DNA from: Clostridia bacterium
GTDB lineage: Bacteria > Bacillota > Clostridia > JAAYHZ01
DNA length: 64,000 bases
Assembly (NCBI GenBank): GCA_050950825.1
Contig: JBMNIH010000009.1
Span: forward strand, 32,001-96,000
Reading direction: 5' to 3'
Positions 48,029-58,949 of the stretch are shown here, in pieces. Every line of letters starts with the position of its first letter. The first letter of the stretch is position 1. Under the pieces are notes generated by a model. It had not been told where the DNA came from. It was given only the letters and a program-made list of their open reading frames with translations, and made no database searches. Position numbers and translations under genes: made by a program.

Positions 48029-49504
48029 ATGGAATATAACATATACGGCGAAATCGCAGAAAGGACAAACGGCAATGTGTATATAGGTGTAGTTGGCCCG
48101 GTAAGAACCGGAAAATCCACATTCGTTAAAAGATTCATGGATTTGAAGGTCATTCCGAACATTCGGAACGGATACGACAAAGCCCGTGCAATTGACGAAT
48201 TGCCTCAAAGCGGTACCGGCAGGACCATTATGACTGCAGAGCCCAAATTTGTCCCGAACGAAGCCGTTGAAATCAATATGGAAGACAATATCAGTCTTAG
48301 CGTTCGTATGATTGATTGTGTCGGGTACATCGTAAAAGAGGCGATAGGCTACATAGAGGACAACGCACCGAGAATGGTAAACACGCCATGGTTCGATTCC
48401 CCGATACCCTTTGAAGAGGCTGCCGAAGTCGGCACGAGAAAAGTCATTCAAGATCATTCCACCATCGGCATCGTCGTAACTACGGACGGATCCATCACCG
48501 AGATCCCCCGAGACGCCTATATCGATGCCGAAAGAAGAGTAATTGAAGAGCTTAAGGCGAGAAAGAAGCCTTTTGCGGTTCTTCTCAACTCTACAAGGCC
48601 GGACGATCCCGAAACGAAAAAAATAGCGGCGGAGCTTGCGGAAACCTACCAAGTCCCGGTCAAGTGCGTAGATGCATTGAATATGAGAGAATCCGAAGTC
48701 AATGACATCATGAACATGGTTCTAATGGAGTTCCCCGTCAATGATATCTACTTTGATTTTCCTTCTTGGGTGGATAGCTTGGATGACGACTACGAACTGA
48801 AGCAAAAATACCGTAATTTATGTATAAAATCATTTTCCAATATCCGAAAGCTGAGAGAGGCGCGGGATCGGCTGCAAGGACTCATGGAACCGGAAATCGT
48901 GGAAAATGCCTTTGTGAAAGCCATTAAGCCCGGCTCCGGATTTATCAATATTCAATTGACGGCAAGTGAAAGCTTGTTCTACAAGACCCTGTGCGATATT
49001 TCCGGATTGGATGTCAGCGACGAGCGAAAGCTGATGAATTGTATCAAGGAGCTTTCAAATATTCAAGTTCAATACAAGCAGATCGAATACGCACTGCACC
49101 AAGCGAAAACCGTCGGTTACGGTATTGTTATGCCGGTCTTAGATGAAATGAGCTTGGAAAAGCCGGAGATTATCAAGCAAGCCGGTCGTTTCGGTGTAAA
49201 GCTACGAGCCACCGCTCCTTCCATTCATTTAATCCGTGCGGATATCGAAACGGAAGTAGCTCCCTTGGTAGGCACGGAAAAACAGTCGGAGGAGCTGGCG
49301 GAGCATATTATCAACGAATTTGAAGAAAAACCGGAATTGATGTGGCAGTCCAACATATTCGGAAAATCCCTTCATGATTTGGTTATCGAAGGACTTAATA
49401 ATAAGCTTTTAAAAATGCCGGAAGATGCACAAATTAAGCTGCGAGAAACCTTGGAAAGAATCCTTAACGAAAGCAACGGCAGTCTCATATGCATCATCTT
49501 GTAA
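48029..49504 (+). CDS. spoIVA: Stage IV sporulation protein A
   Basis: IAERTNG..YIGVVGPVRTGKSTF, DELPQS, IDCVGY, C-terminal LICIIL. Confidence 0.97.
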   Translation: MEYNIYGEIAERTNGNVYIGVVGPVRTGKSTFVKRFMDLKVIPNIRNGYDKARAIDELPQSGTGRTIMTAEPKFVPNEAVEINMEDNISLSVRMIDCVGYIVKEAIGYIEDNAPRMVNTPWFDSPIPFEEAAEVGTRKVIQDHSTIGIVVTTDGSITEIPRDAYIDAERRVIEELKARKKPFAVLLNSTRPDDPETKKIAAELAETYQVPVKCVDALNMRESEVNDIMNMVLMEFPVNDIYFDFPSWVDSLDDDYELKQKYRNLCIKSFSNIRKLREARDRLQGLMEPEIVENAFVKAIKPGSGFINIQLTASESLFYKTLCDISGLDVSDERKLMNCIKELSNIQVQYKQIEYALHQAKTVGYGIVMPVLDEMSLEKPEIIKQAGRFGVKLRATAPSIHLIRADIETEVAPLVGTEKQSEELAEHIINEFEEKPELMWQSNIFGKSLHDLVIEGLNNKLLKMPEDAQIKLRETLERILNESNGSLICIIL

Positions 49505-49547
49505 AACAAGCGGCGTAAAACCTTCTTTTTAATCGGATTCTAATTAT

Positions 49548-49597
49548 AAAACCTCCGAACCCATGTTATAATTAACGTAACGGTTCGGAGGTTTTTT
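49548..49597 (+). terminator. Terminator after spoIVA
   Basis: AAAACCTCCGAACC...GGTTCGGAGGTTTT inverted repeat. Confidence 0.75.
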
Positions 49598-49631
49598 CGG
49601 TTGAACGTAAAATGGAATTTTGGAGGCCGGA

Positions 49632-52600
49632 ATGAGTAATTTTGTGCATCTACATCTACATACGGAATACAGCTTGTTGGACGGAGCGGCAAGAATCAGC
49701 CTTTTGCCGAAAAGAGCAAAGGAGTTGGGCATGAATGCCTTGGCCATGACGGACCACGGTGCCATGTACGGAACCTTGGCTTTTTACAAGCAGTGTAAAA
49801 GCGAGGGAATCAAGCCTATTATCGGATGCGAGGTGTATACCGCAAGAAGAAGCCGATTCGACAAGGATAAGGATGCAGACAGCGATTACGGGCATTTGGT
49901 GCTGCTGGCTGAAAACGATACCGGGTACCATAATTTAATCAAGCTGGTCACTCGGTCTTGGTCGGAAGGCTTCTATTACAAGCCTCGTGTGGACATGGAA
50001 TTATTGCGAGAATACCGTGAAGGCTTGATTGCTTTGAGTGCATGCTTGGCAGGAGATATACCGAGGCTTCTTCTCAACGGCCAATACGAAGATGCGAAAA
50101 AAATGGCGTTGGATTTCCAAGAACTCTACGGGAAAGACCGCTTCTATTTGGAGTTGCAGTACAACGGTCTTACGGAGCAAAACAAGGTCAACGCCCAATT
50201 GATCAAGCTTTCTCAAGAAACCGGTATTCCTTTGGTAGCCACCAACGACGTCCATTACATCAACAGGGAAGACAGCAAAATGCACGATATCCTCATGTGC
50301 ATTCAAACCCAAACCACCGTTCACGATACGGACCGGATGTCCTTTGAAACGGACGAATTCTATTTAAAATCTCCTGAGGAAATGAAATCTCACTTTCCCG
50401 GCGTCCCGGAAGCTATTGAAAATACCGTGAAAATCGCGGATATGTGCAACGTGGAATTGGACTTTTCCAATCGGCATTTACCGGAATACAAGCTTCCGGA
50501 TAACACGGATGCTTATGAATATTTGGAGAAATTGGCCACCGATGGAATGATAAGAAAATACGGTAAAGAGTCTCTTCAGGACGAGAGTATTTACGGCCGT
50601 CTGAAATACGAGCTTTCGGTCATTCGACAAATGGGATACGTAGATTATTTCCTCATTGTCTGGGACTACATCAAATATGCAAGGAGCAACAATATTACCG
50701 TCGGACCCGGAAGAGGCTCCGCGGCCGGGTGCTTGGTATCCTATTGCTTGGATATTATCACCGTGGATCCTTTAAAGCACGATTTGATTTTCGAACGTTT
50801 TTTAAATCCCGAACGGGTGAGCATGCCGGATATCGACAGCGACTTTTCTTCCTTCGGAAGACAGCAGGTAATCGATTATGTCATTCATAAATACGGCCAG
50901 AGCAATGTGGCACAAATTATCACCTTCGGTACCTTAGGCGCCCGTGCCGCTGTTCGGGATGTTGGAAGGGCCATGGGAATTCCCTATTCGAGGGTGGATT
51001 CCGTCGCTAAAATGCTGCCTTCCATGGGTAGACTCTCCATCGAAGAAGCTATCGAGCAAAATCCACTTTTAAAAAAGCTTTATCTTGAGGATATGGAAAT
51101 TCGCGAGCTTTTCGATATGTCCATGCAGGTCGAAGGAATGCCTCGGCATTCGTCGGTTCATGCGTCCGGCATCGTGGTATCGAAGAAATCCATCGATAAT
51201 TACGTTCCTCTGCAGCAAGTAGAAGGAAACATGGTGACCATGTTTACCATGAACGAATTGGAGGAATTAGGACTTTTAAAGATGGACTTTTTGGGCTTAA
51301 AAAACCTGGACGTTATCGACCAAGCGGTAAAAATGATCAAAGCCAATAAGGGAACGGATATCGAATTGGAAAACATCGATATGGAGGATCCTAAGGTATT
51401 TCAATTGATTTCGGAAGGGAATACGTCCGGCTTGTTCCAGATTGAAAGTACGGGTATGACGTCTTTTTTGAAAAACCTGAAGCCGGACAAGCTGGAAGAA
51501 ATCATCGCCGGTATTTCCCTTTATCGCCCGGGTCCCATGGATTCCATCCCCACATATATAGAAAACAGAAAGAATCCTGAAAAAATACAATATCTGCATC
51601 CGAAGCTCAAAGACATTCTTGACGTGACATACGGCTGTATCGTCTACCAAGAGCAGGTCATGCGTATTTGCCGCGATTTGGCGGGATACAGCAGCGGTCG
51701 GGCCGATTTGGTCCGCCGTATCATGTCGAAGAAGAAGCATTCCGACATGATGAAGGAACGGGAAATTTTCATCTACGGCGAAAAGGACGAAAACGGAAAC
51801 GTCATCGTTCCCGGATGTGTCAACAACGGCATACCGGAGGCGATCGCTGCGGAATTGTACGACCGAATGAGTGCTTTTGCCAGCTATGCATTTAACAAGT
51901 CTCATGCCGCCGCTTATGCCTATATCTGTTATCGAGAGGCCTGGCTGAAGTGCTATTATCCGGTCGAATTTTATGCGGCACTGCTAAACAGCTATTTGGA
52001 CAACACGGATAAAATCGCCCAATACGTTTACGAATGTAACAAACAAGAGATTAAAGTGCTGCCTCCCGATATCAACGAGAGCGGATCCGAATTTACCGTT
52101 TCCGGGAAAAATATTCGATTCGGTATGTCCGCCGTTAAAAACGTCAGCACCCAAGCCGTTAAGATGATAATAAAAGAGAGGGAAGAGAACGGCATTTTTA
52201 CGGATTTCATGGACTTTTGCAAAAGAATCAGCAAACACGACGTAAACAAAAAGAGCGTGGAAAATCTGATTCGTTGCGGCGCATTTGATTCCATGGGCGT
52301 TTATCGGTCTCGCTTGCTTAGCGTCTATGAAAAGGTTTTAGACGGGTTCAACCAAGAGAATAAAAGAAACATCGAAGGTCAGCTTCGTTTGTTTGACGAT
52401 ACATCCGGTGAAGCAAAGAAATTGGAGGTTATAAACTATCCAGATATCGACGAATTTGATCCCGCCGTATTGCTGTCCATGGAAAAGGAAATCCTCGGCT
52501 ACTATATCTCCGGCCATCCTATGCTTCAATACCAGGAAAAGCTTTCGGATTTGGTGACTTTCTCCGCCAAGGACAAGTTCGATATCATAAGCGGCATCAA

Positions 52601-53246
52601 GGAGGAAAACAACGGTACCGCTTCCGCGAAAACCTTAAAAGACAAGCAAAGCGTAGTTTTTGCCGGAAGCATCACCAAAGTGACGGTAAAATCCACGAAG
52701 AGCAACCGGCTGATGGCATTTATCAACGTGGAGGATGTGTACGGATATGTGGAAGTGATTGTTTTTCCCGATGTATATAAAGAGAATATCGATTTGTTTG
52801 CCAATGACAAAATCGTTGTGATTAAAGGAACGTTGGATATACGGGACGACGAAGAAGATATCAAGATTTTATGCAATGAAATTTACGACGTTCAAAGGAT
52901 TATCGATAATCCGGAGATATTGAAAGAAAAAAATCATACGATAAGTAAGAATTCCGCGGTCTTAGAGGCCGCCCGTCCTTCCGAAAACAAGGAGAAGACC
53001 GATCCGAAGCGACAGGTTTCACCGGAGAAGAAAACGTTGTACGTACGTTTGGACAACCGGATGAGATTGGAAGAACTAAAAAGTACCGTCCGGTATTTCT
53101 ACGGACGAACGCCGGTCAAGGTATATTATCGTGACACGGAGAAGGTAGAAAAGTTGAACGACAATCATACGATTGATGTGGAAGACCCGCAAGTCGTCCG
53201 TATATTGAGTGAAAAGTTCGGAAAAGAGAACATTGTAATAAAATAG
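49632..53246 (+). CDS. dnaE: DNA polymerase III alpha subunit
   Basis: FVHLHLHTEYSLLDG PHP domain, GPGRGSAAG, SMPDIDSDF, YAFNKSH. Confidence 0.98.
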   Translation: MSNFVHLHLHTEYSLLDGAARISLLPKRAKELGMNALAMTDHGAMYGTLAFYKQCKSEGIKPIIGCEVYTARRSRFDKDKDADSDYGHLVLLAENDTGYHNLIKLVTRSWSEGFYYKPRVDMELLREYREGLIALSACLAGDIPRLLLNGQYEDAKKMALDFQELYGKDRFYLELQYNGLTEQNKVNAQLIKLSQETGIPLVATNDVHYINREDSKMHDILMCIQTQTTVHDTDRMSFETDEFYLKSPEEMKSHFPGVPEAIENTVKIADMCNVELDFSNRHLPEYKLPDNTDAYEYLEKLATDGMIRKYGKESLQDESIYGRLKYELSVIRQMGYVDYFLIVWDYIKYARSNNITVGPGRGSAAGCLVSYCLDIITVDPLKHDLIFERFLNPERVSMPDIDSDFSSFGRQQVIDYVIHKYGQSNVAQIITFGTLGARAAVRDVGRAMGIPYSRVDSVAKMLPSMGRLSIEEAIEQNPLLKKLYLEDMEIRELFDMSMQVEGMPRHSSVHASGIVVSKKSIDNYVPLQQVEGNMVTMFTMNELEELGLLKMDFLGLKNLDVIDQAVKMIKANKGTDIELENIDMEDPKVFQLISEGNTSGLFQIESTGMTSFLKNLKPDKLEEIIAGISLYRPGPMDSIPTYIENRKNPEKIQYLHPKLKDILDVTYGCIVYQEQVMRICRDLAGYSSGRADLVRRIMSKKKHSDMMKEREIFIYGEKDENGNVIVPGCVNNGIPEAIAAELYDRMSAFASYAFNKSHAAAYAYICYREAWLKCYYPVEFYAALLNSYLDNTDKIAQYVYECNKQEIKVLPPDINESGSEFTVSGKNIRFGMSAVKNVSTQAVKMIIKEREENGIFTDFMDFCKRISKHDVNKKSVENLIRCGAFDSMGVYRSRLLSVYEKVLDGFNQENKRNIEGQLRLFDDTSGEAKKLEVINYPDIDEFDPAVLLSMEKEILGYYISGHPMLQYQEKLSDLVTFSAKDKFDIISGIKEENNGTASAKTLKDKQSVVFAGSITKVTVKSTKSNRLMAFINVEDVYGYVEVIVFPDVYKENIDLFANDKIVVIKGTLDIRDDEEDIKILCNEIYDVQRIIDNPEILKEKNHTISKNSAVLEAARPSENKEKTDPKRQVSPEKKTLYVRLDNRMRLEELKSTVRYFYGRTPVKVYYRDTEKVEKLNDNHTIDVEDPQVVRILSEKFGKENIVIK

Positions 53247-53428
53247 AATATCGGTTAAAACTTGATATAGGATTTTATTCTTGTGTTACGTTATATAAGT
53301 GATATAATTATTTATGATATAACGAATGTTTCGCATGCATAGTAATGAAAAGACATGGAATCGAAAGTCCGACACCATTCGTTTGAAATTGTTCTGACGT
53401 CTTTAGTTTGGATTGGGAGGTAAGGTGT

Positions 53429-54403
53429 ATGGGTAATATCAGGACAATCGGCGTATTGACCAGCGGAGGAGATGCACCGGGTATGAATGCTGCAATCCGG
53501 GCGGTGGTACGTGCAGGTATTTATTACGGATATAAAGTGATGGGAATCAAAAGAGGCTTTACCGGCCTTGTTTCCGGAGATATGGAAGAGCTGACCCTGC
53601 GTGCCGTTTCGGGGATTATTCAGCACGGCGGAACGATGCTAAAAACATCAAGATGCCCGGAATTCAAAACAAAAGAAGGAATTTTTAAAGGGGTTTCCAT
53701 GTGTAAAATCTTCGGTATTGATGTGGTTGTAGTTATCGGAGGAGACGGTTCATTTCGAGGAGCTTTGGATTTGAGCAAAGCCGGCATTCCTGTCATCGGC
53801 ATTCCTGCAACCATCGATAACGACGTGGGCTGCACCGATTATACCATTGGATTCGATACCGCTTTAAATACCGTTTCGGATGCCTTGGATAAAATCAAAG
53901 ACACCGGATACTCTCATGAGCGCGTCAGTGTTTTGGAGGTTATGGGTCGAAAAGCGGGACATATCGCCATTAATACGGGAATCGCAGGAGGAGCGGAAGT
54001 CATTTTGATTCCGGAAGAAACACCGGATTATGAAAAAGACGTAATACGACCGATTTTGGAAGGCAGAAATCGAGGAAAGACCGATTTTAACGTCATTGTT
54101 GCCGAGGGTGTGGATATCAGTGTTCCCGAGCTGTCCCGAATGATCGAGGAAAGTACGGGTATCACCACTCGATATACCATATTAGGATACATACAAAGAG
54201 GCGGAATCCCCACCGTCAATGACCGTGTAATGGCAAGCAGGATGGGAGTCAAGGCCGTTAAGGATATCCGGGAAGGCAAGCTTAATCGAGTGATTGCATA
54301 CAAGAACGGTAAAGTCGTAGACTTTGACATAGAGGAAGCACTAAAGCAAACAAAAAGTGTTGATGAAGAAATGATTGAATTGGAAAGAATATTGTCATTG
54401 TAA
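53429..54403 (+). CDS. pfkA: ATP-dependent 6-phosphofructokinase
   Basis: TSGGDAPGMNA, GGDGS, TIDND, EVMGR, LGYIQRGG; GGAGG RBS before ATG 53429. Confidence 0.96.
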   Translation: MGNIRTIGVLTSGGDAPGMNAAIRAVVRAGIYYGYKVMGIKRGFTGLVSGDMEELTLRAVSGIIQHGGTMLKTSRCPEFKTKEGIFKGVSMCKIFGIDVVVVIGGDGSFRGALDLSKAGIPVIGIPATIDNDVGCTDYTIGFDTALNTVSDALDKIKDTGYSHERVSVLEVMGRKAGHIAINTGIAGGAEVILIPEETPDYEKDVIRPILEGRNRGKTDFNVIVAEGVDISVPELSRMIEESTGITTRYTILGYIQRGGIPTVNDRVMASRMGVKAVKDIREGKLNRVIAYKNGKVVDFDIEEALKQTKSVDEEMIELERILSL

Positions 54404-54416
54404 TATTGAGGAGAGA

Positions 54417-54968
54417 ATGAATTTACCCAATTTTTTAACCGTCATTAGATTAATATTGATACCATTTTGCGGGTATGCACTGTATAATGATCATTTTTTA
54501 CAAGCAGGCGTTATTTTTGTCATGGCATGCATAACGGATTATGCGGACGGCAAAATTGCGAGAAAGTACAATATGGTCACGAACTTCGGAAAGCTCGCCG
54601 ACCCTGCGGCTGACAAATTGTTGCTTTTAACCGCACTGTTCATACTTGCCGTAAAGAAACTAATCCCCATGTTCATTCCGGTAACGGTGTTGATAAAGGA
54701 AACCATCATGGGAATCGGCGGCTTGATTTTATTAAACAAAAAATACGTAGTGAGTGCGAACATATACGGGAAGATTGCCACCTTCTTTTTTAACACATCC
54801 GTCGCGGTGATTATCATTTTAAAACCGGCATCCTTCATAACCAATACGCTGTTGGTGACATCCGTTCTGTTGATGTTTGTTGCCTTGGCCAAATATTCGC
54901 ACCAATATTTTAAAATTAAACGTGATTTGATTGAAAAGCAGGCCAAAGAAGATCCTTTGGTAAGGTGA
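54417..54968 (+). CDS. pgsA: CDP-alcohol phosphatidyltransferase (PgsA-like)
   Basis: MNLPNFLT, DYADGKIARK..FGKLADPAADK. Confidence 0.85.
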   Translation: MNLPNFLTVIRLILIPFCGYALYNDHFLQAGVIFVMACITDYADGKIARKYNMVTNFGKLADPAADKLLLLTALFILAVKKLIPMFIPVTVLIKETIMGIGGLILLNKKYVVSANIYGKIATFFFNTSVAVIIILKPASFITNTLLVTSVLLMFVALAKYSHQYFKIKRDLIEKQAKEDPLVR

Positions 54969-54971
54969 TTT

Positions 54972-55865
54972 ATGTTTGGATATATACATCCCCTGAAGCC
55001 GGAAATGAAGATTCGAGATTACGAAACATTCAGGGCGTATTACTGCGGCGTTTGCCGTTCCATTTCCAAGCGGACGGGGCAGTCGGCAAGAATGGCATTA
55101 ACATACGATGCAACCTTTTATGCAATATTTTTGGATGCCCTGCATAAGAATACAAAGACCGGTATTTCCATGAACCGTTGTATTCGACATCCCTTGAAAA
55201 AAAGGGCCGCCGTTCACTCCTCGGACAGTACGGATTATGCCTCCGACGTGAATGTCATACTCGCATGGTTCAGCATGTTGGATCACTATCAAGACGGTGA
55301 AGGCGTAAAGTCGGTTGCGGGTATGGCGGCCTTGAGAAGAGCTTTCAAGCGGTGCAAAAAGCGTAATCCGAAGCTATGCGATTTTGTAGCGAACAAGCTT
55401 TCCGATTTGCATCGTTTGGAAAAGGAAAATTGTCCAAACATTGATATGGTTTCCGAAACCTTTGCCGATATCCTTCGCTATATATCATGTCCGCCCTTTT
55501 TGGAGCTTTCGAATGAAACCCAAGAAGCGGTGCAGTGGTTCGGCTACAATTTGGGTAAATGGCTGTATTTGATTGATGCATTCGACGATTTGGAACAAGA
55601 TGCGAAAAAGAAGCGGTATAACCCGTTTTTGGCTCGTTACGAGTACAATCCTCGGGAAACGGATATCGGAGATTTTAAAAAGAAGATTAAGGAACAAGCG
55701 GAATTTTTGCTTCTGAACTGTTTGGACCAAGTGACGAAAGCTTATCGCTTTATTGACGTTTACAGAAACAAAGATATTATCGAAAACATTATTTACTTGG
55801 GAATGCTGAATAAAACGGATCAAATTTTACAAGGAGAAAAGGAAAAGAATGAAAAATCCGTATGA
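54972..55865 (+). CDS. DUF5685-family protein
   Basis: [33 protein letters not shown]. Confidence 0.8.
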   Translation: MFGYIHPLKPEMKIRDYETFRAYYCGVCRSISKRTGQSARMALTYDATFYAIFLDALHKNTKTGISMNRCIRHPLKKRAAVHSSDSTDYASDVNVILAWFSMLDHYQDGEGVKSVAGMAALRRAFKRCKKRNPKLCDFVANKLSDLHRLEKENCPNIDMVSETFADILRYISCPPFLELSNETQEAVQWFGYNLGKWLYLIDAFDDLEQDAKKKRYNPFLARYEYNPRETDIGDFKKKIKEQAEFLLLNCLDQVTKAYRFIDVYRNKDIIENIIYLGMLNKTDQILQGEKEKNEKSV

Positions 55866-56484
55866 AGTATTAGGGGTAAAAGAGACTGCAAGCGATGCAG
55901 AAATAAAAAGAGCATATCGTGAGCTGGTAAAAAAGTACCACCCGGACCAATACCGTGATAACCCGCTGAGCAAGCTTGCGGAAGAAAAGCTTCGTGAGGT
56001 TAATGAAGCTTATGACGAAATCATGCGGCAAAGAGCCGCAGGTGGCGGCAGCGGATATCGTCAAACCGATTCCGGCTCAAGATCCGGTCAATCTTATTCC
56101 TCCAATACCGGCGGTAATGCTTTTTATGAAATCAGGCAAAAAATTAATATGGGGCAACTGAACGAGGCCGACGTTATGCTGGATAATATCGTTACAAGAA
56201 CGGCGGAGTGGTATTTCTTAAAAGGCTTGCTGTACTTTAAACGAGGCTGGTACGACGCGGCTTACAACCACGTGCAGACGGCATGCAGCATGGAACCGAA
56301 CAATTTTGAATATCGACAGACGCTGAATCGTATGCAAAACAATACGAATATGTACCGTCAAAGCTCTACCAACCGAGGATATAAAAAGAACGACGATTTC
56401 GATATTTGCTCCATATGTACGGCACTGTACTGTGCCGACTGCTGCTGCGAATGTGCCGGCGGTGACTTGATCGCTTGCTGCTGA
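55849..56484 (+). CDS. J-domain protein with TPR-like middle and Cys-rich C-terminus
   Basis: [14 protein letters not shown]-domain; tail [25 protein letters not shown]. Confidence 0.88.
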   Translation: MKNPYEVLGVKETASDAEIKRAYRELVKKYHPDQYRDNPLSKLAEEKLREVNEAYDEIMRQRAAGGGSGYRQTDSGSRSGQSYSSNTGGNAFYEIRQKINMGQLNEADVMLDNIVTRTAEWYFLKGLLYFKRGWYDAAYNHVQTACSMEPNNFEYRQTLNRMQNNTNMYRQSSTNRGYKKNDDFDICSICTALYCADCCCECAGGDLIACC

Positions 56485-56497
56485 CAGGTGAAGCGAA

Positions 56498-57010
56498 ATG
56501 AGAAGAACCAAAAGAATCGCTTTCGGAGGGATTTTAACGGCTTTAACCGTAATAGCGGTCTTTGCAGCCGCCTATGTTCCCTCCGGGAAACTGTCCGTAT
56601 ATGTTTTGGCATCCTTTTTTACGGCCGTATTTGTGATTCATTTCGGTGCAAAATTCGGCTTGCTGTTCTACATAACGGCTTCATTATTATCTTGGATCCT
56701 ATTGCCGGATAAAATGGCCGTTGTACCCTACGCAGGATTTTTCGGCTGGTACGGAATCGTAAAGTCGTATATCGAAAAATTAAACAAGCTTTTGTTGGAA
56801 TGGATTTTGAAGATTGTAATAATGAACTTGGTTTTCGCCGTCGGTTATTTTCTTTTCCGTTCCTTTTTACCCCAAATCGATTTCTCAAGCCCTTGGATTT
56901 GGGGAGGCTTCATCCTTCTGCAGATAGCTTTTGTCGTTTATGACTATGTTTTCACCATGGTCATCAATGTATACTATAGAAGGTTTTATTCGAAATTCGG
57001 CAACGAATGA
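56498..57010 (+). CDS. Hypothetical membrane protein
   Basis: Multiple hydrophobic segments; directly follows the J-domain gene. Confidence 0.75.
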   Translation: MRRTKRIAFGGILTALTVIAVFAAAYVPSGKLSVYVLASFFTAVFVIHFGAKFGLLFYITASLLSWILLPDKMAVVPYAGFFGWYGIVKSYIEKLNKLLLEWILKIVIMNLVFAVGYFLFRSFLPQIDFSSPWIWGGFILLQIAFVVYDYVFTMVINVYYRRFYSKFGNE

Positions 57011-57098
57011 AGATTTAACAAAAGCTTACATGCTTGATATGTCAATGTGATATAATTGAGGAAATAAGAGGTATCGTTATCTTACAGAGGTGGTAGCC

Positions 57099-58940
57099 AT
57101 GTCGATGTATAAAAAATCTTTTTGTTTTCTTATGATATTTTTCCTGGTTCTATCTTTTGCTTCTTGTGCAAAAGAACAAACGCCCGATTACCTTCGTCAA
57201 ATTACCGAATCCCGAGAACGGCTGGTCATTGAGAATCCTTTGGCCGCATTTTTTGAAATCACATGGCTTGCAGGCATTGATGACGATAAATACGTAGACG
57301 GCGGTATAGACGAACGGATGCTGGAGGAGCGGTACAACGTCGATTTTAAGGTATGGAAAATAAGCAACTATGACCCGGAAGGCTTATCCGCCATGATTGC
57401 ATCCGGGGATATTCCGGATATCGGTTATCTGCCTTATGCACCTTACGATGCGCCGAGGCTTTTAAGAGAAGGCTTTACGAGAACCGTCCCCCTGGATTTA
57501 TACCAAGATTACTTTCCGTATTACTACGAACAAATGGAAAAAAACGCTCCTTATTCTTTTATGTATAACAATGTCTTAGACGAAGAAGGCAATCTTACGG
57601 AGCATTATTACGGTATCTCTTTTATAACCTGGAACTACAAATGGTACTACAACGTACCTCTTATGAGACTGGATTGGTTGGAGAAAGTTGGCTATTCCAT
57701 ACCTAGCGAGTTATTGATACCTATAACCTTGACCGATGACAAATTGGGACAATTCAGCGGCCGGCTTTTTCAAACCAACCACATTTTCTCTCACGAAGAA
57801 ATGAATGATATTCTGCGTGCCTTCACTATCATGGATCCCGATGGAAACGGGAAAGACGACACCTACGGCGCCGTCCTTTTCCGGCACGATTTCAGATCCC
57901 ACTGGGTTGATCTTTATTGGGGACAATTCGGTGTCATAGCATCCGACGACAACTTTTTATATCTCGATCATGAAACGGGCGATGTGGTACCGTATTATGC
58001 CTATTCGGGGTTCCGAGACTATATGGAATGGGCCGTCGGCATGAAAGAAAAAGGCTATATGCGCACGCTTCCCGAAGGATACGTAAGCGATGCTCCCCAA
58101 GGCGCGTGGTACGACCAATTGCTGGAGACTTGGGCTACGGGGAAGGTGGGCTTTTTTACCGCCGATATGCAATACCTTTGCAGACCGGATTTTCCGGAAT
58201 ACTCCGACAGGCAGCCTCCCCAAAGCATTTGGTTGAAAACATATGAAAAAAATGCTACATTCGTAGCCTTTCCCGTCCTTGCCGGTCCGGGAGAGCCCGG
58301 GACTTGGGGCACTCGCCGATACAATATGGATGCATTCAGCGAAGGGCAATTCAGAACTTATGTAGTGGGGGCTTCCGTTTCCGATGAAAAATTGGCTCGC
58401 GTGTTTACCATGTGGAACGACCGCTACACGAATCCGGAGGATGATTTTTGGCGAAAGGTTCTGTACGGTATCGAAGGAATCCACTACCGATGGACGGGAG
58501 AGCCTTGGAAAAGCGGTATGATTCGGACACCCAAGGAAGATATTCCTGAAAATTACCGAATGTACGGTTCATTCGGGGGCAGCTTTTCCTCCGACGTTTC
58601 TCCGGTACTTAATGAAGCCATGGCTCAATTTTATCGTTTCTTTATTGAAGACAAATGGGCGTCGAAATATACCATCGAACCTTATAAATACATCAGCGTG
58701 AGAACGATGGGTTATGACATGTACGAAGATTATATGAACAAAAGAAACGAAGTCATCGGAGAAATCTATGCCGTGGTAAACGATTATATAAACCGTTCTT
58801 GGGAAGGCCTGTTGGGAAGTTCTTCCAAAGAGTGGGAGCAATACCTCGAAAGGCTCTACGATGCGGGGTTGAATGTGTTGGTCAATAAGTATTATAACAA
58901 CCCGGAATTCGAGCTTTATGTAAGACCGGATCTTGATTGA
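57099..58940 (+). CDS. Extracellular solute-binding lipoprotein (carbohydrate ABC type)
   Basis: Lipobox LSFASC, ASGDIPD, RLDWLEKVG, DPDGNGKDDTYG, YGIEGIHY. Confidence 0.85.
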   Translation: MSMYKKSFCFLMIFFLVLSFASCAKEQTPDYLRQITESRERLVIENPLAAFFEITWLAGIDDDKYVDGGIDERMLEERYNVDFKVWKISNYDPEGLSAMIASGDIPDIGYLPYAPYDAPRLLREGFTRTVPLDLYQDYFPYYYEQMEKNAPYSFMYNNVLDEEGNLTEHYYGISFITWNYKWYYNVPLMRLDWLEKVGYSIPSELLIPITLTDDKLGQFSGRLFQTNHIFSHEEMNDILRAFTIMDPDGNGKDDTYGAVLFRHDFRSHWVDLYWGQFGVIASDDNFLYLDHETGDVVPYYAYSGFRDYMEWAVGMKEKGYMRTLPEGYVSDAPQGAWYDQLLETWATGKVGFFTADMQYLCRPDFPEYSDRQPPQSIWLKTYEKNATFVAFPVLAGPGEPGTWGTRRYNMDAFSEGQFRTYVVGASVSDEKLARVFTMWNDRYTNPEDDFWRKVLYGIEGIHYRWTGEPWKSGMIRTPKEDIPENYRMYGSFGGSFSSDVSPVLNEAMAQFYRFFIEDKWASKYTIEPYKYISVRTMGYDMYEDYMNKRNEVIGEIYAVVNDYINRSWEGLLGSSSKEWEQYLERLYDAGLNVLVNKYYNNPEFELYVRPDLD

Positions 58941-58949
58941 ATATTAGTA

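Noticed and set aside
53281-53298. Rex operator upstream of pfkA (TTGTG-N8-TATAA)
   Set aside because: The right half-site is a poor match, and the sequence overlaps AT-rich promoter DNA.
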